Shown here piece by piece: positions 47,301-56,046 of a stretch of DNA of 64,000 nt. A model generated the notes under the pieces. The model was not told the origin of the DNA. It saw only the letters and a list, made by a program, of their open reading frames with translations, and made no database searches. Source of the DNA: an uncultured bacterium (lineage in GTDB: Bacteria; Chloroflexota; UBA5177; JANWHV01); assembly GCA_963827235.1 (NCBI GenBank), contig CAWHAE010000012.1, positions 320,001 through 384,000 on the forward strand, read 5' to 3'. Within the stretch, counting starts at the first letter, position 1, and each line of letters opens with the position of its first letter. Both the position numbers and the translations under genes were made by a program.

Positions 47301-49057
47301 GTCGTGCCCGCGGGCACCTTGAAGTGAAACGCGACGTTGTTGTCCGCGACCACGGTGCCCTTGAACGTAATCGCCTGGGTCTGATGCGCCACCTGCGGCA
47401 GCACCGAGATGCTCTCGCTGACCTGTCCCGTGTTGCTGAGCGTTATCGTCTTGCTGATCTGTTGACCCGGCAGACCCTCGAGCGCCAACGCACCGGATAG
47501 GAGGACCGATGCGCCTTTGCGCGTGGCCATCTGCACCGCCCTGTAGGCGTTGATCCGGCCGGCCGCTTGATCCTGGGCCGCATAGCCGAGGTCGTCGGCG
47601 CTGCTCTGCAGGATCTGTTTGACGAGTGCCGGTGCTGGGGTCTTGCCAGCGTGCGATTCGCGGTAGGCGTTGATCACCAGCGCCGCCACGCCCGCCGTGA
47701 CCGGCGTGGCCATGCTCGTGCCGGCGAATGAGCCGATCGAGTACGGCTTGGTCGTCGGGCCCTCCTCACTCGGCGTTTGCGGGAATGTCGCCCAGCCCGC
47801 CTCACCGGGAGCAAAGATGTCCGGGCGGCTCCGGCCGTCGGGCGTCGGCCCCTCGGACGTGAATGCCGCGATGCTGTCCGAGCTGTAGTGACCGTAGAGT
47901 GTGTAGAAGCCGGTCTCGGCATACTGGCGATAGTCGGTCGACGCGCCCGCGGAGATCACGTCGGGAAGCGATCCAGGCGACTGCGTGGTGGCAGCTCCCG
48001 GCCCGGAGTTGCCGTTGGCCACGACGACCGTAATCCCGTGCTGCACCGCTTCCTCATCGGCCATGGCGGTGACGTTGTTTCCCGTGTAGTACAGGTCGGG
48101 CGCCCCCCACGACTCACTGATCACGTCGGCGTGGTTCTGAATAGCCCACTCGATGGCTCGCACGAATCCGCTCGTGCTGGCGTCGGCGCGAGTATCGAAC
48201 ACCTTGGCTACCATCAGCTTCACGCCGGGAGCCACGCCGGTGTCGGTGAAATACGTGCGATCGGTCTGCCGCTCGCCCGGCTGCAGGGAGGGATAGAGGT
48301 AGCGGGTGTACGTATCCGAAGCACTATAGATCGTCTTCCCCTGCGCCACGATAGTTCCCGCGCAGGCTGTGCCATGACCAACCGTATCTGTGAGGTCGGT
48401 ATTCGTGAAGTCTCTGTACAGCGGCTTGCCGTCGGGTCCCTTCAGCATCACGCCCTGCAGGTCGGGATGGCTGAGATCGATGCCCGAGTCGATGATCGCC
48501 ACGCGAACGTCGCGGCCCGTGTACTGTTCTTGCGCCACGTCGGCCTTGATGATACTGAGCGTATCGGGCTCGCTTACCACCGGCTGGGTCAGCGGCACCG
48601 TTGCGCCGACTTGCAGATTCGCGTGCGATTCTTGTTCCTGCAGTTGCGCAAGGTTGGGAATGGGATCCGGCTGAATGACCTGGTCGAGCTGAACCGCCGA
48701 TAGCCGGCCGTCGTAGCGGAGCGCGGTGAGTGCGCGCTGCCCGACCCTGGCCGAGACGGCGTTGATCAAGCCGAGCTGCGAGATATTCGTAGCACCATCT
48801 TGCCGGAGCGTGCGGATCACGGCATCCTGGCTGGCGGCCGATCCGGGCTCGAGCAGGAATATCATCGGAACCTGGTGCGTTGCCGCTTGCCGCAGCAACG
48901 CAGCCGAGTAACCACTCACCTCTGCGGGCATGGCATGCACGGCGGGTACGCTGAGCGTCCGAAGAACGTCGCCGCGGTTGATCAAGCCGGGAACAGCGGC
49001 GCCTGCCAACACGGTCACTGCCGCCACCCTGGCGGCTAGACGAGAACGAGCGTGCAT
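44369..49057 (-). CDS. Secreted S8 subtilisin-like protease (1562 aa) with C-terminal repeated beta modules (DUF5719-like)
   Basis: Signal peptide, pro-region, catalytic DSGID / HGTACAG / GTSMATP, and four 'YF.(E/D)G....L...NP' repeats. Confidence 0.9.
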   Translation of the reverse strand: MHARSRLAARVAAVTVLAGAAVPGLINRGDVLRTLSVPAVHAMPAEVSGYSAALLRQAATHQVPMIFLLEPGSAASQDAVIRTLRQDGATNISQLGLINAVSARVGQRALTALRYDGRLSAVQLDQVIQPDPIPNLAQLQEQESHANLQVGATVPLTQPVVSEPDTLSIIKADVAQEQYTGRDVRVAIIDSGIDLSHPDLQGVMLKGPDGKPLYRDFTNTDLTDTVGHGTACAGTIVAQGKTIYSASDTYTRYLYPSLQPGERQTDRTYFTDTGVAPGVKLMVAKVFDTRADASTSGFVRAIEWAIQNHADVISESWGAPDLYYTGNNVTAMADEEAVQHGITVVVANGNSGPGAATTQSPGSLPDVISAGASTDYRQYAETGFYTLYGHYSSDSIAAFTSEGPTPDGRSRPDIFAPGEAGWATFPQTPSEEGPTTKPYSIGSFAGTSMATPVTAGVAALVINAYRESHAGKTPAPALVKQILQSSADDLGYAAQDQAAGRINAYRAVQMATRKGASVLLSGALALEGLPGQQISKTITLSNTGQVSESISVLPQVAHQTQAITFKGTVVADNNVAFHFKVPAGTTELKASANFASQQTVPIPGESAQNVILQVALYDPQGNLVNAEQSFVSDPSSPAVSASGYASTTGGHPIAGTWTAVVSEAPRRGVNQVRHYVTVPFVGHISLLDFAPSSTMVSPASFTLKPGEVKRIQYRTGTLGGPGVSEITVHVREHALLPKSSTPVASTTAITPTDTVETIPAIVTSDIPVQQGLGLFSGSFVGGIGSQGFARETRFYDFKVPSGVHSAQVAIEWSHQGNLFLLGLIDPTGKINNVVDNAFVNPDGSLDLTHPVVDAYLTNPAPGTWRIVFMSLIYAGSYTSEPFKGAVVLGQPQLQASTSSLTVKAGASPAKFSIAVRNTGITTDAYYSYATSDQYTYLALGGNGGSLQAGPSVGVGATTVLTYTTSFVPPGTREVITQAQSLNTTQPLDIELDDSAYGSYAAFARQATVSLGGKASAGDTAIIQGDNLPIGQYFVSVTLPNSARSGQVYVASSTQAYALSPQPWIKLDAQRRVDGSINQNLLVARPSGIVTFHGQISVPATVAPGTYRARVYIYTYRDDLVGMVPLTVTVQPPLPAAAPTPDPLLATVASAQYFPEGAAATGVQDQMDLVNPGSVDAHVQLRLINDGGWTTLSRYLLPAHSRKTINVQPLVGNNQVIAAVVQADQTIISGRQIVRSGEAGSYSTGTQSPGTSWYFADGYTVGSFAEYLTVVNPGAALARIRVHMVSDAGDVRTGTFTIPGSSRRTVQLSDLMPNVALSVTLTSNVPVVAERVQLFGSLGQGVTTTIGAQSGSTSQYIDPGHLPASAQAHISIYNPTGKPASIEVTPIDQHGKTRTALELSVKAGRRAVIDLTASYHSANLGAEITSDVPVVAEKVAYYGRFKQSVVGGSDLVGVSSPGSQIVFPGGSTSSGASDYLDLYNPTTQAEVLSITAIYGGYRQSHRSVTVAAGARLSLDVSSLGVPSGASSLIVQGTSDAQFYATQSLFNRSGTDGSEVSGISLAVQ

Positions 49058-49296
49058 CGCGGAGACCTCATTCTTCGGGAACCTGGACCGTCACAGCGCT
49101 CGTGCCCTTTCGGCAGCACACCCGGCGACGGCACTCGATACTACCACTGTACGTGAGTCCTGCTCTTGGCGCTACGAGTCAAACGCTGCCTTGCAGACCG
49201 CGCCGGTTGCTCGAACCGTCTGCGGACTTCCTTCCGGTCAATCCCAGCCTGCGCCGCCACGGCGCCCGATCGTGGCGAAGAGCCGCCGGTCACTGC

Positions 49297-51675
49297 TCAT
49301 TTGCAGACCAGTTTGACGTACGTCTGTCCGTTCTTTGTCGTCGACGTGATGCTGTATGGTCCACCACCGCATGGCGCGCTCGAGGTCGAGCTGGAAGTGG
49401 TGGTAGGCGAAGCCGTCGGGCTGGCTCCCGGCTGTGCGCTGCCGCTGTAGTCGTCCAGCGAAGGGTTGTCGAGAGTCGTGGGCACCGTGCCGGCGGCGAA
49501 GAGATCCGTCACACCGTTACCGCTGCTCGCTAGACCCGGTTCCTGCCCGGCAGGAGCGTAGCGCGCTACGGTGGCCGTGAGGATGCCTGTCGGCATGATG
49601 AACTGGCTGATCGGCGTGTTCTGCGTCACGTTGTACATGAACTCATGCCAGGCGGGCGCCGCGCCGGTGATGCCGGTCGACCCCGGCATCGGCGAGTCGT
49701 CGGGGTTGCCGACCCACACGCCCGTAACCACGTCCGGCGTATAGCCCAGCGTCAGATTGTCCTTGTAGTCGCTGGTCGTTCCGGTCTTGCTGGCTACCGG
49801 CCGGCTGCCGAGGCCGAGGTAGTCGTATGCGTACTGTCCAAAGGCCGGAACCTTGGCTGCCGTATCCGAGAGAACACTGGTGATCAGGTAGGCGAACTGC
49901 GGCGCAATGACCTGCACACCCTTGGGGGTCTTGTACTTCCACACCAGCTTGCGCGAGCCGTCGGACTGCACCTTGTAGATCGCAAGGATGGGCATGTACG
50001 GGCGGTAGACGCCGTTGTTGGCGAACACAGCATAGCCGTTCACCTCGTCGAGCAGCCTGCCCGGATCGGTGCCCAGCGTCATGGCCAGCCCGAGGTCCTT
50101 GAGGTTCTGGTCTTTGAGATAGTAGCCCATGCTGTTGGCCGTCTTGAGCACCTTCTTGATGCCGTCCGGCCCAAGAGAATAGAGTGTCTTGACGGCAGGC
50201 ACGTTGTAGGAATTGGCCAGCGCCTGGCGCAGGGTAACGCGCCCATGGTATTGCAGATCGTAGTTGTGCGGGATGTACGTCGCGCCGTTCGCATCGGGAT
50301 AGGAGACGTAGGCGTCGTTGATCGTCTCGGCGGGGAAGTGGCCGTTCTCGAACGCCGTGACGTACATGAACGGCTTGAACGAGGAGCCCGCCTGCCGGGC
50401 CTGATCGCCGGCGAAGTCGTATTGCGCCCCGTTGATGCCGGAGTTCCAGCCCACGCCGCCGACGTACGCTCTGATCTCGCCGCTGTGCGGATCGATGGCG
50501 ACCAGCGCGCCGTCGTTCATGTTGTAGGCGGCCCTGTTCTGCTCCACCTGCGTGTCGATGATGTTCTGCGCCAGATCCTGCCAGGCCGGATCGAGTGTGG
50601 TCTGAAAGATGTAGCCCCGGTAGATGTCTTCCGGGTTCTGCAGACCGGGAATGCCGAACTGGCGCAGATTCGCCGGGTTCGCCAGGTAGTCGGTCCGGAG
50701 CCAGTGCACGAAATAGGACTCGTCCGTGTTGACGGATGCATTGGTCGAGGTGAGCTTGAACTTGTAGTTGAGCGGCTCGGCGACCGCGGCGTCATACTGG
50801 GCCTTGGTAATGCCGGTAGTGCCGCCCGCGGTAAGCATCTCCTTCAACACGTGAATCTGGCGCTCCTTGGCAGCCTCCCTGTGGTTGTATGGGTCATACT
50901 GGCTCGGCGCCTGCGGCAGTCCGGCCAGCAGTGCCGACTCGGCAAGATCGAGCTGAGAGGCATGAACGCCGAAGAAGTACTGGGCCGCCGCCTCCACGCC
51001 GTTGATGTCGCCTCCCGCGCTGCCGTAGCTCACGGTGTTGAGGTACATCTCGAGGATGGCGTTCTTGCGACACGCGAGGTTGCATTTCTTGATGTCCCTG
51101 GTCACGCCGATGGCGACCATGATCTCGTGCAGTTTCGTCTCGATGCCGTTTTGATCGAGCTTGCGCGCGCTAGAAGCGTTGGAGCCGAACAGCGCGAGCT
51201 TGACAAGCTGCTCCGTCAGCGTCGAGGCGCCCTGCAAGCCGCCGCTCTGGGTGACGTCGATGCGCGCGGCGCTCAGCAAGCGTATAGGGTCAACACCGAT
51301 ATCGGTGTAGAACGTCCGGTTCTCCGTATCGATGGTGGCGTCGATCATGACCTTGGGCACGCTCTTCAAGGCCACGAGCTTGCGCGTGCCGTATCGCGGA
51401 TCGTAGAGCTGCTCCAGCGTGTCGCCGTTGCGATTCGTGATCAGACTGATCGTGAACGGGTTCTCCTCATACGACTTCAGCGCCGCGATGCCGTCGGGGA
51501 CGACGGAGTTGTAGTACTTGTACGCGGCTACTCCGGCGGTGACGAGAACCGAAGCAAGCAGGAGGAACACGGTGAATGCCACCGCGAGAAACGAGACGAT
51601 AACGGCGATGGGTGCTTTGGGGGCTCTCTTCTTCGGTCGCCGGGATGGCCTGCTTACCTTGATCGCGCGCTTCAT
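49297..51675 (-). CDS. Class A penicillin-binding protein (transglycosylase-transpeptidase)
   Basis: TM anchor, ENRTF, GASTLTEQLVK, ILEMYLN, GSSFKP, SYN, KTGT. Confidence 0.92.
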   Translation of the reverse strand: MKRAIKVSRPSRRPKKRAPKAPIAVIVSFLAVAFTVFLLLASVLVTAGVAAYKYYNSVVPDGIAALKSYEENPFTISLITNRNGDTLEQLYDPRYGTRKLVALKSVPKVMIDATIDTENRTFYTDIGVDPIRLLSAARIDVTQSGGLQGASTLTEQLVKLALFGSNASSARKLDQNGIETKLHEIMVAIGVTRDIKKCNLACRKNAILEMYLNTVSYGSAGGDINGVEAAAQYFFGVHASQLDLAESALLAGLPQAPSQYDPYNHREAAKERQIHVLKEMLTAGGTTGITKAQYDAAVAEPLNYKFKLTSTNASVNTDESYFVHWLRTDYLANPANLRQFGIPGLQNPEDIYRGYIFQTTLDPAWQDLAQNIIDTQVEQNRAAYNMNDGALVAIDPHSGEIRAYVGGVGWNSGINGAQYDFAGDQARQAGSSFKPFMYVTAFENGHFPAETINDAYVSYPDANGATYIPHNYDLQYHGRVTLRQALANSYNVPAVKTLYSLGPDGIKKVLKTANSMGYYLKDQNLKDLGLAMTLGTDPGRLLDEVNGYAVFANNGVYRPYMPILAIYKVQSDGSRKLVWKYKTPKGVQVIAPQFAYLITSVLSDTAAKVPAFGQYAYDYLGLGSRPVASKTGTTSDYKDNLTLGYTPDVVTGVWVGNPDDSPMPGSTGITGAAPAWHEFMYNVTQNTPISQFIMPTGILTATVARYAPAGQEPGLASSGNGVTDLFAAGTVPTTLDNPSLDDYSGSAQPGASPTASPTTTSSSTSSAPCGGGPYSITSTTKNGQTYVKLVCK

Positions 51676-51967
51676 ACGTCTCCAGAGAAGCAGCCACGGG
51701 GGTGCCCTTGAGTTGGCACAGCGAATTGTAGCACGAGGTCTGGCTCACGCCAACGCGATCGTGCATCGGGCAGGGGCCGCCTGCCATGCTTGAGGGCTGC
51801 TCTCCGGCCGGTTCAGTGGCGCGGAACTCCACCGTCCTGAGACTCCTTCCGCGCCGCTTCACGCGTTCGAGGTGAGCACATGCATCGGTTGTGGCGGCGC
51901 ACCTGGCTCGCGCACCCGGCCGCCACTTACAATGCATCATGCGTGGCCGTCCGGTGAACGAAGACTC

Positions 51968-53608
51968 ATGGCAATACCTCGAGTGAGCCGGCTGCGGGCG
52001 ATGTGGGCGCCTTTGCATGTGATACGTCTGGACTTGCGGCAGCGGGTGCCACCGTTGCACACGGGGGCCTACCTGGTCGCGGCACTGCTGCTGATCGGGG
52101 CAGCCGTCCTCCTGATCCAGTTTGGCGATGTGCCGGGCGGTCTCAATCAAGACGAGGCGTCCATCGGCTACGACGCCTTTGCCCTGTTGCACTACGGTAT
52201 CGACCGCAACGGCGTGCACTTCCCCGTCTATCTCATCTCCTGGGGCAGCGGCCAGAATGCACTCTACGCCTACCTCTCAATGCCGGTGATCGCGCTGGCG
52301 GGCTTGACCGTGTGGTCAGTACGCTTCGTCAACCTCGTCGTCGGGCTCGCGTCGCTGCCGCTCTTCTTTCTGCTGGCCAGGCGAGCTTCCGATAGGCACA
52401 CCGCGGTATGGGCGCTGTTCCTGCTGGCGATATCGCCCTGGCACATCATGGCCTCGCGCTGGGCGCTCGAATCAAACCTGTTCCCACCCATCTTCCTGGC
52501 CGCCGTCGTGCTCATGGCCTACAGCCGGCAAGGCAACCGGCTCCTGGCGGCAAGCATGGTGCTGTTCGCCGTATCGCTCTACGCCTACGCGACGTCGTAC
52601 GTCGTCGTGCCGGTATTCCTGGCTTGCGCGCTGCCCTATCTCGTGATCTACAGGCATGCCCTGCCGAGACAGGTAGCCTGGGCCTGCGCCGCCTTCCTGC
52701 TCGTGTCCATCCCTATCGCTACGTTCCTCGCCGTGAACTATTACAGGCTGTCGCCGATCGACTCGCCGCTGCTCTCCATCCCCAGGCTTACCACGCCGCG
52801 CGTCGGCGACATAGCCCTGTTCGGCGGCAACGAGGTCGCGACCATCCAGAACGACGCGCGCAACTTCTTCGACCTCATGTGGACCCAGAACGACGGACTG
52901 GCGTGGAATTGCATTCCGCCCTACGGGTTTATCTATCCACTCAGCCTGCCGTTCGCGCTTGCCGGGCTGATTCGAGCCGTGCTGAAGCTCGGACGATGCC
53001 GGCGCTACGATCCCAAGAGCCTGATCGTATTCTGGCTCCTGTCCGCGGTTGTGTTTGGACTGATCGACGACGTCAACATCAACAGGATCAACATCATCTT
53101 TTTCCCGCTCATCTTCTTCACGGCAGAGGGCGTCTCACTCGCCTGCACGTACCTTCGGCGCCTGCACGTCTCGGTGCTGATCGCGGCCGCCTACTGCGTT
53201 GCCGCCTGCCTGTTCCTGCGGCAGTATTTCGTCTATTACCCGCCGGCAATCGGAGCCCAGTTCTTCGACTCCTTCGGCCAAGCCCTCGTTTACGCCGATC
53301 GGCTTCCCTCCAGAGAAGTAGCGGTAACGGACTCGGTGAACATGCCGTACATCTACGTGCTGTTCTACACGAGGACCAACCCCCATCAGTTCGTGCGAGA
53401 GGTCACATACGCCAATCCGGGTGATCCGTACCAGATCGTGCGCTCGTTCGGTAAGTATGTTTTCGGCCATCCAGAGGTCCGGCCCGCCCCGGGCGTGGTG
53501 TACGTCGTGCCGAACGGCGAACTGCCCACGGCTACCTTGCCTCGCGCCTCTGTCAGGAGCTTCACGCTCTACTCGGTGGTCTATTGGCCAGGCAGAACAG
53601 CCGGCTGA
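51968..53608 (+). CDS. GT-C membrane glycosyltransferase (ArnT/PMT, GT39/83-like)
   Basis: PGGLNQDEA..GYDA, SPWHI..SR; many TMs. Start uncertain. Confidence 0.8.
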   Translation: MAIPRVSRLRAMWAPLHVIRLDLRQRVPPLHTGAYLVAALLLIGAAVLLIQFGDVPGGLNQDEASIGYDAFALLHYGIDRNGVHFPVYLISWGSGQNALYAYLSMPVIALAGLTVWSVRFVNLVVGLASLPLFFLLARRASDRHTAVWALFLLAISPWHIMASRWALESNLFPPIFLAAVVLMAYSRQGNRLLAASMVLFAVSLYAYATSYVVVPVFLACALPYLVIYRHALPRQVAWACAAFLLVSIPIATFLAVNYYRLSPIDSPLLSIPRLTTPRVGDIALFGGNEVATIQNDARNFFDLMWTQNDGLAWNCIPPYGFIYPLSLPFALAGLIRAVLKLGRCRRYDPKSLIVFWLLSAVVFGLIDDVNINRINIIFFPLIFFTAEGVSLACTYLRRLHVSVLIAAAYCVAACLFLRQYFVYYPPAIGAQFFDSFGQALVYADRLPSREVAVTDSVNMPYIYVLFYTRTNPHQFVREVTYANPGDPYQIVRSFGKYVFGHPEVRPAPGVVYVVPNGELPTATLPRASVRSFTLYSVVYWPGRTAG

Positions 53609-53755
53609 CTCGGGTCACCCGACGCGGTGCGGAACGTCGAGGTGACGCGGCTCCTCCGAGACAAGCCCGTGACCGCGGAACCCTGTGCGCCCGCTACACC
53701 GCCGCCTGCCGGCGCGCGGCCGTGCTGCCCGGGGACCGGTGCCTCGCCACCCCGC

Positions 53756-55186
53756 TCAACCGGGGCGGGCCGCGGCAGGAGTGGGAACGTCGGCCGCCAT
53801 CGTCAGCTCGAGAGGGCGAATGCTGCCGGCGCGCACGCACGAATGCTGTATGGTGTCCAACGCATGGCGATACGATAGGCCGGCAAGCGCGAAGGCGGCG
53901 AGATTGACGTACGCTGTCAGCGCCACTTCGCGCACTCCCAGCACCGGGCTGTACGGCGGGAACATGGCCGGATCGACGTAGTGCAGGTTCAACGTGTAGG
54001 ATGCGGCGAACCACAGATAGAATATCCAGAAGCGCGGCACCATCACTGCGGTTAACGCAAGCAGAGGCAAGGCTGGCAACATGTGCCGCTCATGCATCGA
54101 GGTCAAGAACAGGTAGAAGGCCAACGTGACGAGGCAGGACGCGGGAAGCAAGCCGGACTCGCCGCCGCGGGGCATCCGCTTGAGGTGCAGGCCGAGCACC
54201 ACGCAGACCGGCAGCACGACCGCGCTGAGCAGGATCCAGCCCCAGACAAGGCAGGAGACCCCAAGCGCCTTCGTGGACGTGGGCGCAACGGACATCACGT
54301 CTGTGTTGATGGAGCAGTAGGCCGTCCAGAAGTTGAACGCTTGTAGCGTGAGCACCGGGTAGCGACCCGACGTGTTCTGAAAGCCGAACCACGCGAACCG
54401 CAGCACGTTGCTGCCCGCCGGCACGAAGGGCAGAAAGACTAGCGTTCCGGTGACGAGCGAGACCACTGCAGCGCGCCCAAGGTCACGCACCCGCCCGGTA
54501 CACACGAGCGTGGTCGCCACCAGCGGCACGAGCACGAGGGCAGTCGGCTTTGTCACCATGGACAGTGTGAAGAATACGGCGGCCGGCATGGTCGAGCCCT
54601 CGATAAACAGGAACAGGGCAAGCACCAGGAGGCACGCCGGCACGCTGTCCATCTGCCCCCAGCGAGCGGAATTGCCCAGCACGCCCGGAATCAGTGCGTA
54701 CAGCACCGCCGCCAGCAGAGCCGGCCGAGCCCCGCCCAAGCGGCGGCCGCCAATGAAGATGATCTCGACGGTCACCACATCGGCAGCAATCGCCGGCAGC
54801 TTGTACAGCACCCGATCGGTCAGCAGCCACGAGCTGAAGCCGCCGGGAAGGTGCAGCAGCGCGGGAGCCAGCTTGCCCAACCCAAGCAGGACGTACAGAT
54901 ACCCCGGTAGATAGTCGGTGCCGCTGACGTGGTAGAAGGTGTGCAAATTGCCGGAGGCCAGCGTGCTGCTCCACCAGCTGAATGCCCAGAGATCCCAGGC
55001 GAACGTGCCTCCGGCAGCGCAGACAAGGCGCGGCACGAGGGTAATGAGCAGCAGCAGGCACACTGCCAGTCTGCGCGACGACGCCAGGCCGTCAAGCGGG
55101 CGTGCCGGCCATACGGCTGCTCGTGTCCAGCCAGCATCGAGCCGCGACGTGCGCCGAACGGCACTCGAGCTATCAAAGTGCTTCAC
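53756..55186 (-). CDS. GT-C membrane glycosyltransferase (PIG-M/GT87-like)
   Basis: DY.PGY.Y, KLP.I.AD, S..WGQ.DS, K, MHER; polytopic. Start uncertain. Confidence 0.75.
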   Translation of the reverse strand: MKHFDSSSAVRRTSRLDAGWTRAAVWPARPLDGLASSRRLAVCLLLLITLVPRLVCAAGGTFAWDLWAFSWWSSTLASGNLHTFYHVSGTDYLPGYLYVLLGLGKLAPALLHLPGGFSSWLLTDRVLYKLPAIAADVVTVEIIFIGGRRLGGARPALLAAVLYALIPGVLGNSARWGQMDSVPACLLVLALFLFIEGSTMPAAVFFTLSMVTKPTALVLVPLVATTLVCTGRVRDLGRAAVVSLVTGTLVFLPFVPAGSNVLRFAWFGFQNTSGRYPVLTLQAFNFWTAYCSINTDVMSVAPTSTKALGVSCLVWGWILLSAVVLPVCVVLGLHLKRMPRGGESGLLPASCLVTLAFYLFLTSMHERHMLPALPLLALTAVMVPRFWIFYLWFAASYTLNLHYVDPAMFPPYSPVLGVREVALTAYVNLAAFALAGLSYRHALDTIQHSCVRAGSIRPLELTMAADVPTPAAARPG

Positions 55187-55337
55187 AGCGCAATACTACG
55201 TGCAGAGCCCGCCCGGAGCAATCCACCAGTTCTCTGGTACCGGTAGGACCCGACTGTCCGCGCGCGGCCGCTTGCCGGTGACCGATCCCGGGCAGCCGGA
55301 AGCCGGGGTGCGGTGTGTGTGTCCCGGCCCGGGGGAT

Positions 55338-56042
55338 CTAGCCGGTCGCCTCCTCGTCGTCGGGCAGGATGCCGAGCAGGTAGCCGCTACCCCGTATGGT
55401 GTGCAGAAGCCGCGGCTGATACCCTTCGTCGACCTTTCGCCTGAGACGACGAATGTAGACGTCGATGATGTTCGACAGGCTGTCGAACTCGTCATCCCAC
55501 ACGTGCTCGCTGATCATCGTGCGGGTCAACACCTGGTCCGGATTGCGGATGAAGTACTCGAGCATCGCATACTCTTTGCTGGTGAGCTCGATCGGGCTTC
55601 CTGCCCGCCACACGCGGTGCGAGCTCGTATCCACGAGTAGATCGGCGAGCTGCAGCTTCGACGTCTTCACTGCGGTATCGCGACGCAGCAGGGCCCGGGC
55701 GCGGGCAAGCAGCTCGTCCATGAAGAACGGCTTGACCAGGTAGTCGTCGGCGCCGCTATCCAGTCCCTGCACGCGGTCTTCCAGCGAATCGCGCGCCGTA
55801 AGCATCAGGATCGGCGTGGTGACGCCCTGTTCCCGCAGTCCCTTGCAGAGCGTGAGGCCGTTCTTCTTCGGCAGCATGAGATCGAGCACGATCAGATCGT
55901 ACGTGTTGATCAGGGCCATTTCCTCGCCCTGCTCGCCGTCGAACGCCGCGTCGACTGCGTATGCTTCTTCGCGGAGAGCCTGGCAGACCGTCCGATTGAT
56001 TTTGTGCTCATCCTCGATTACCAGGACGCGCATACCGCGCAC
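55338..56042 (-). CDS. OmpR/PhoB-family response regulator
   Basis: VIEDE, LDLMLP, LTA.D...RV.GLD.GADDYL.KPF, wHTH LTSKE..VYIRRLR.K..TIRG.GY. Confidence 0.93.
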   Translation of the reverse strand: MRGMRVLVIEDEHKINRTVCQALREEAYAVDAAFDGEQGEEMALINTYDLIVLDLMLPKKNGLTLCKGLREQGVTTPILMLTARDSLEDRVQGLDSGADDYLVKPFFMDELLARARALLRRDTAVKTSKLQLADLLVDTSSHRVWRAGSPIELTSKEYAMLEYFIRNPDQVLTRTMISEHVWDDEFDSLSNIIDVYIRRLRRKVDEGYQPRLLHTIRGSGYLLGILPDDEEATG

Positions 56043-56046
56043 CTCC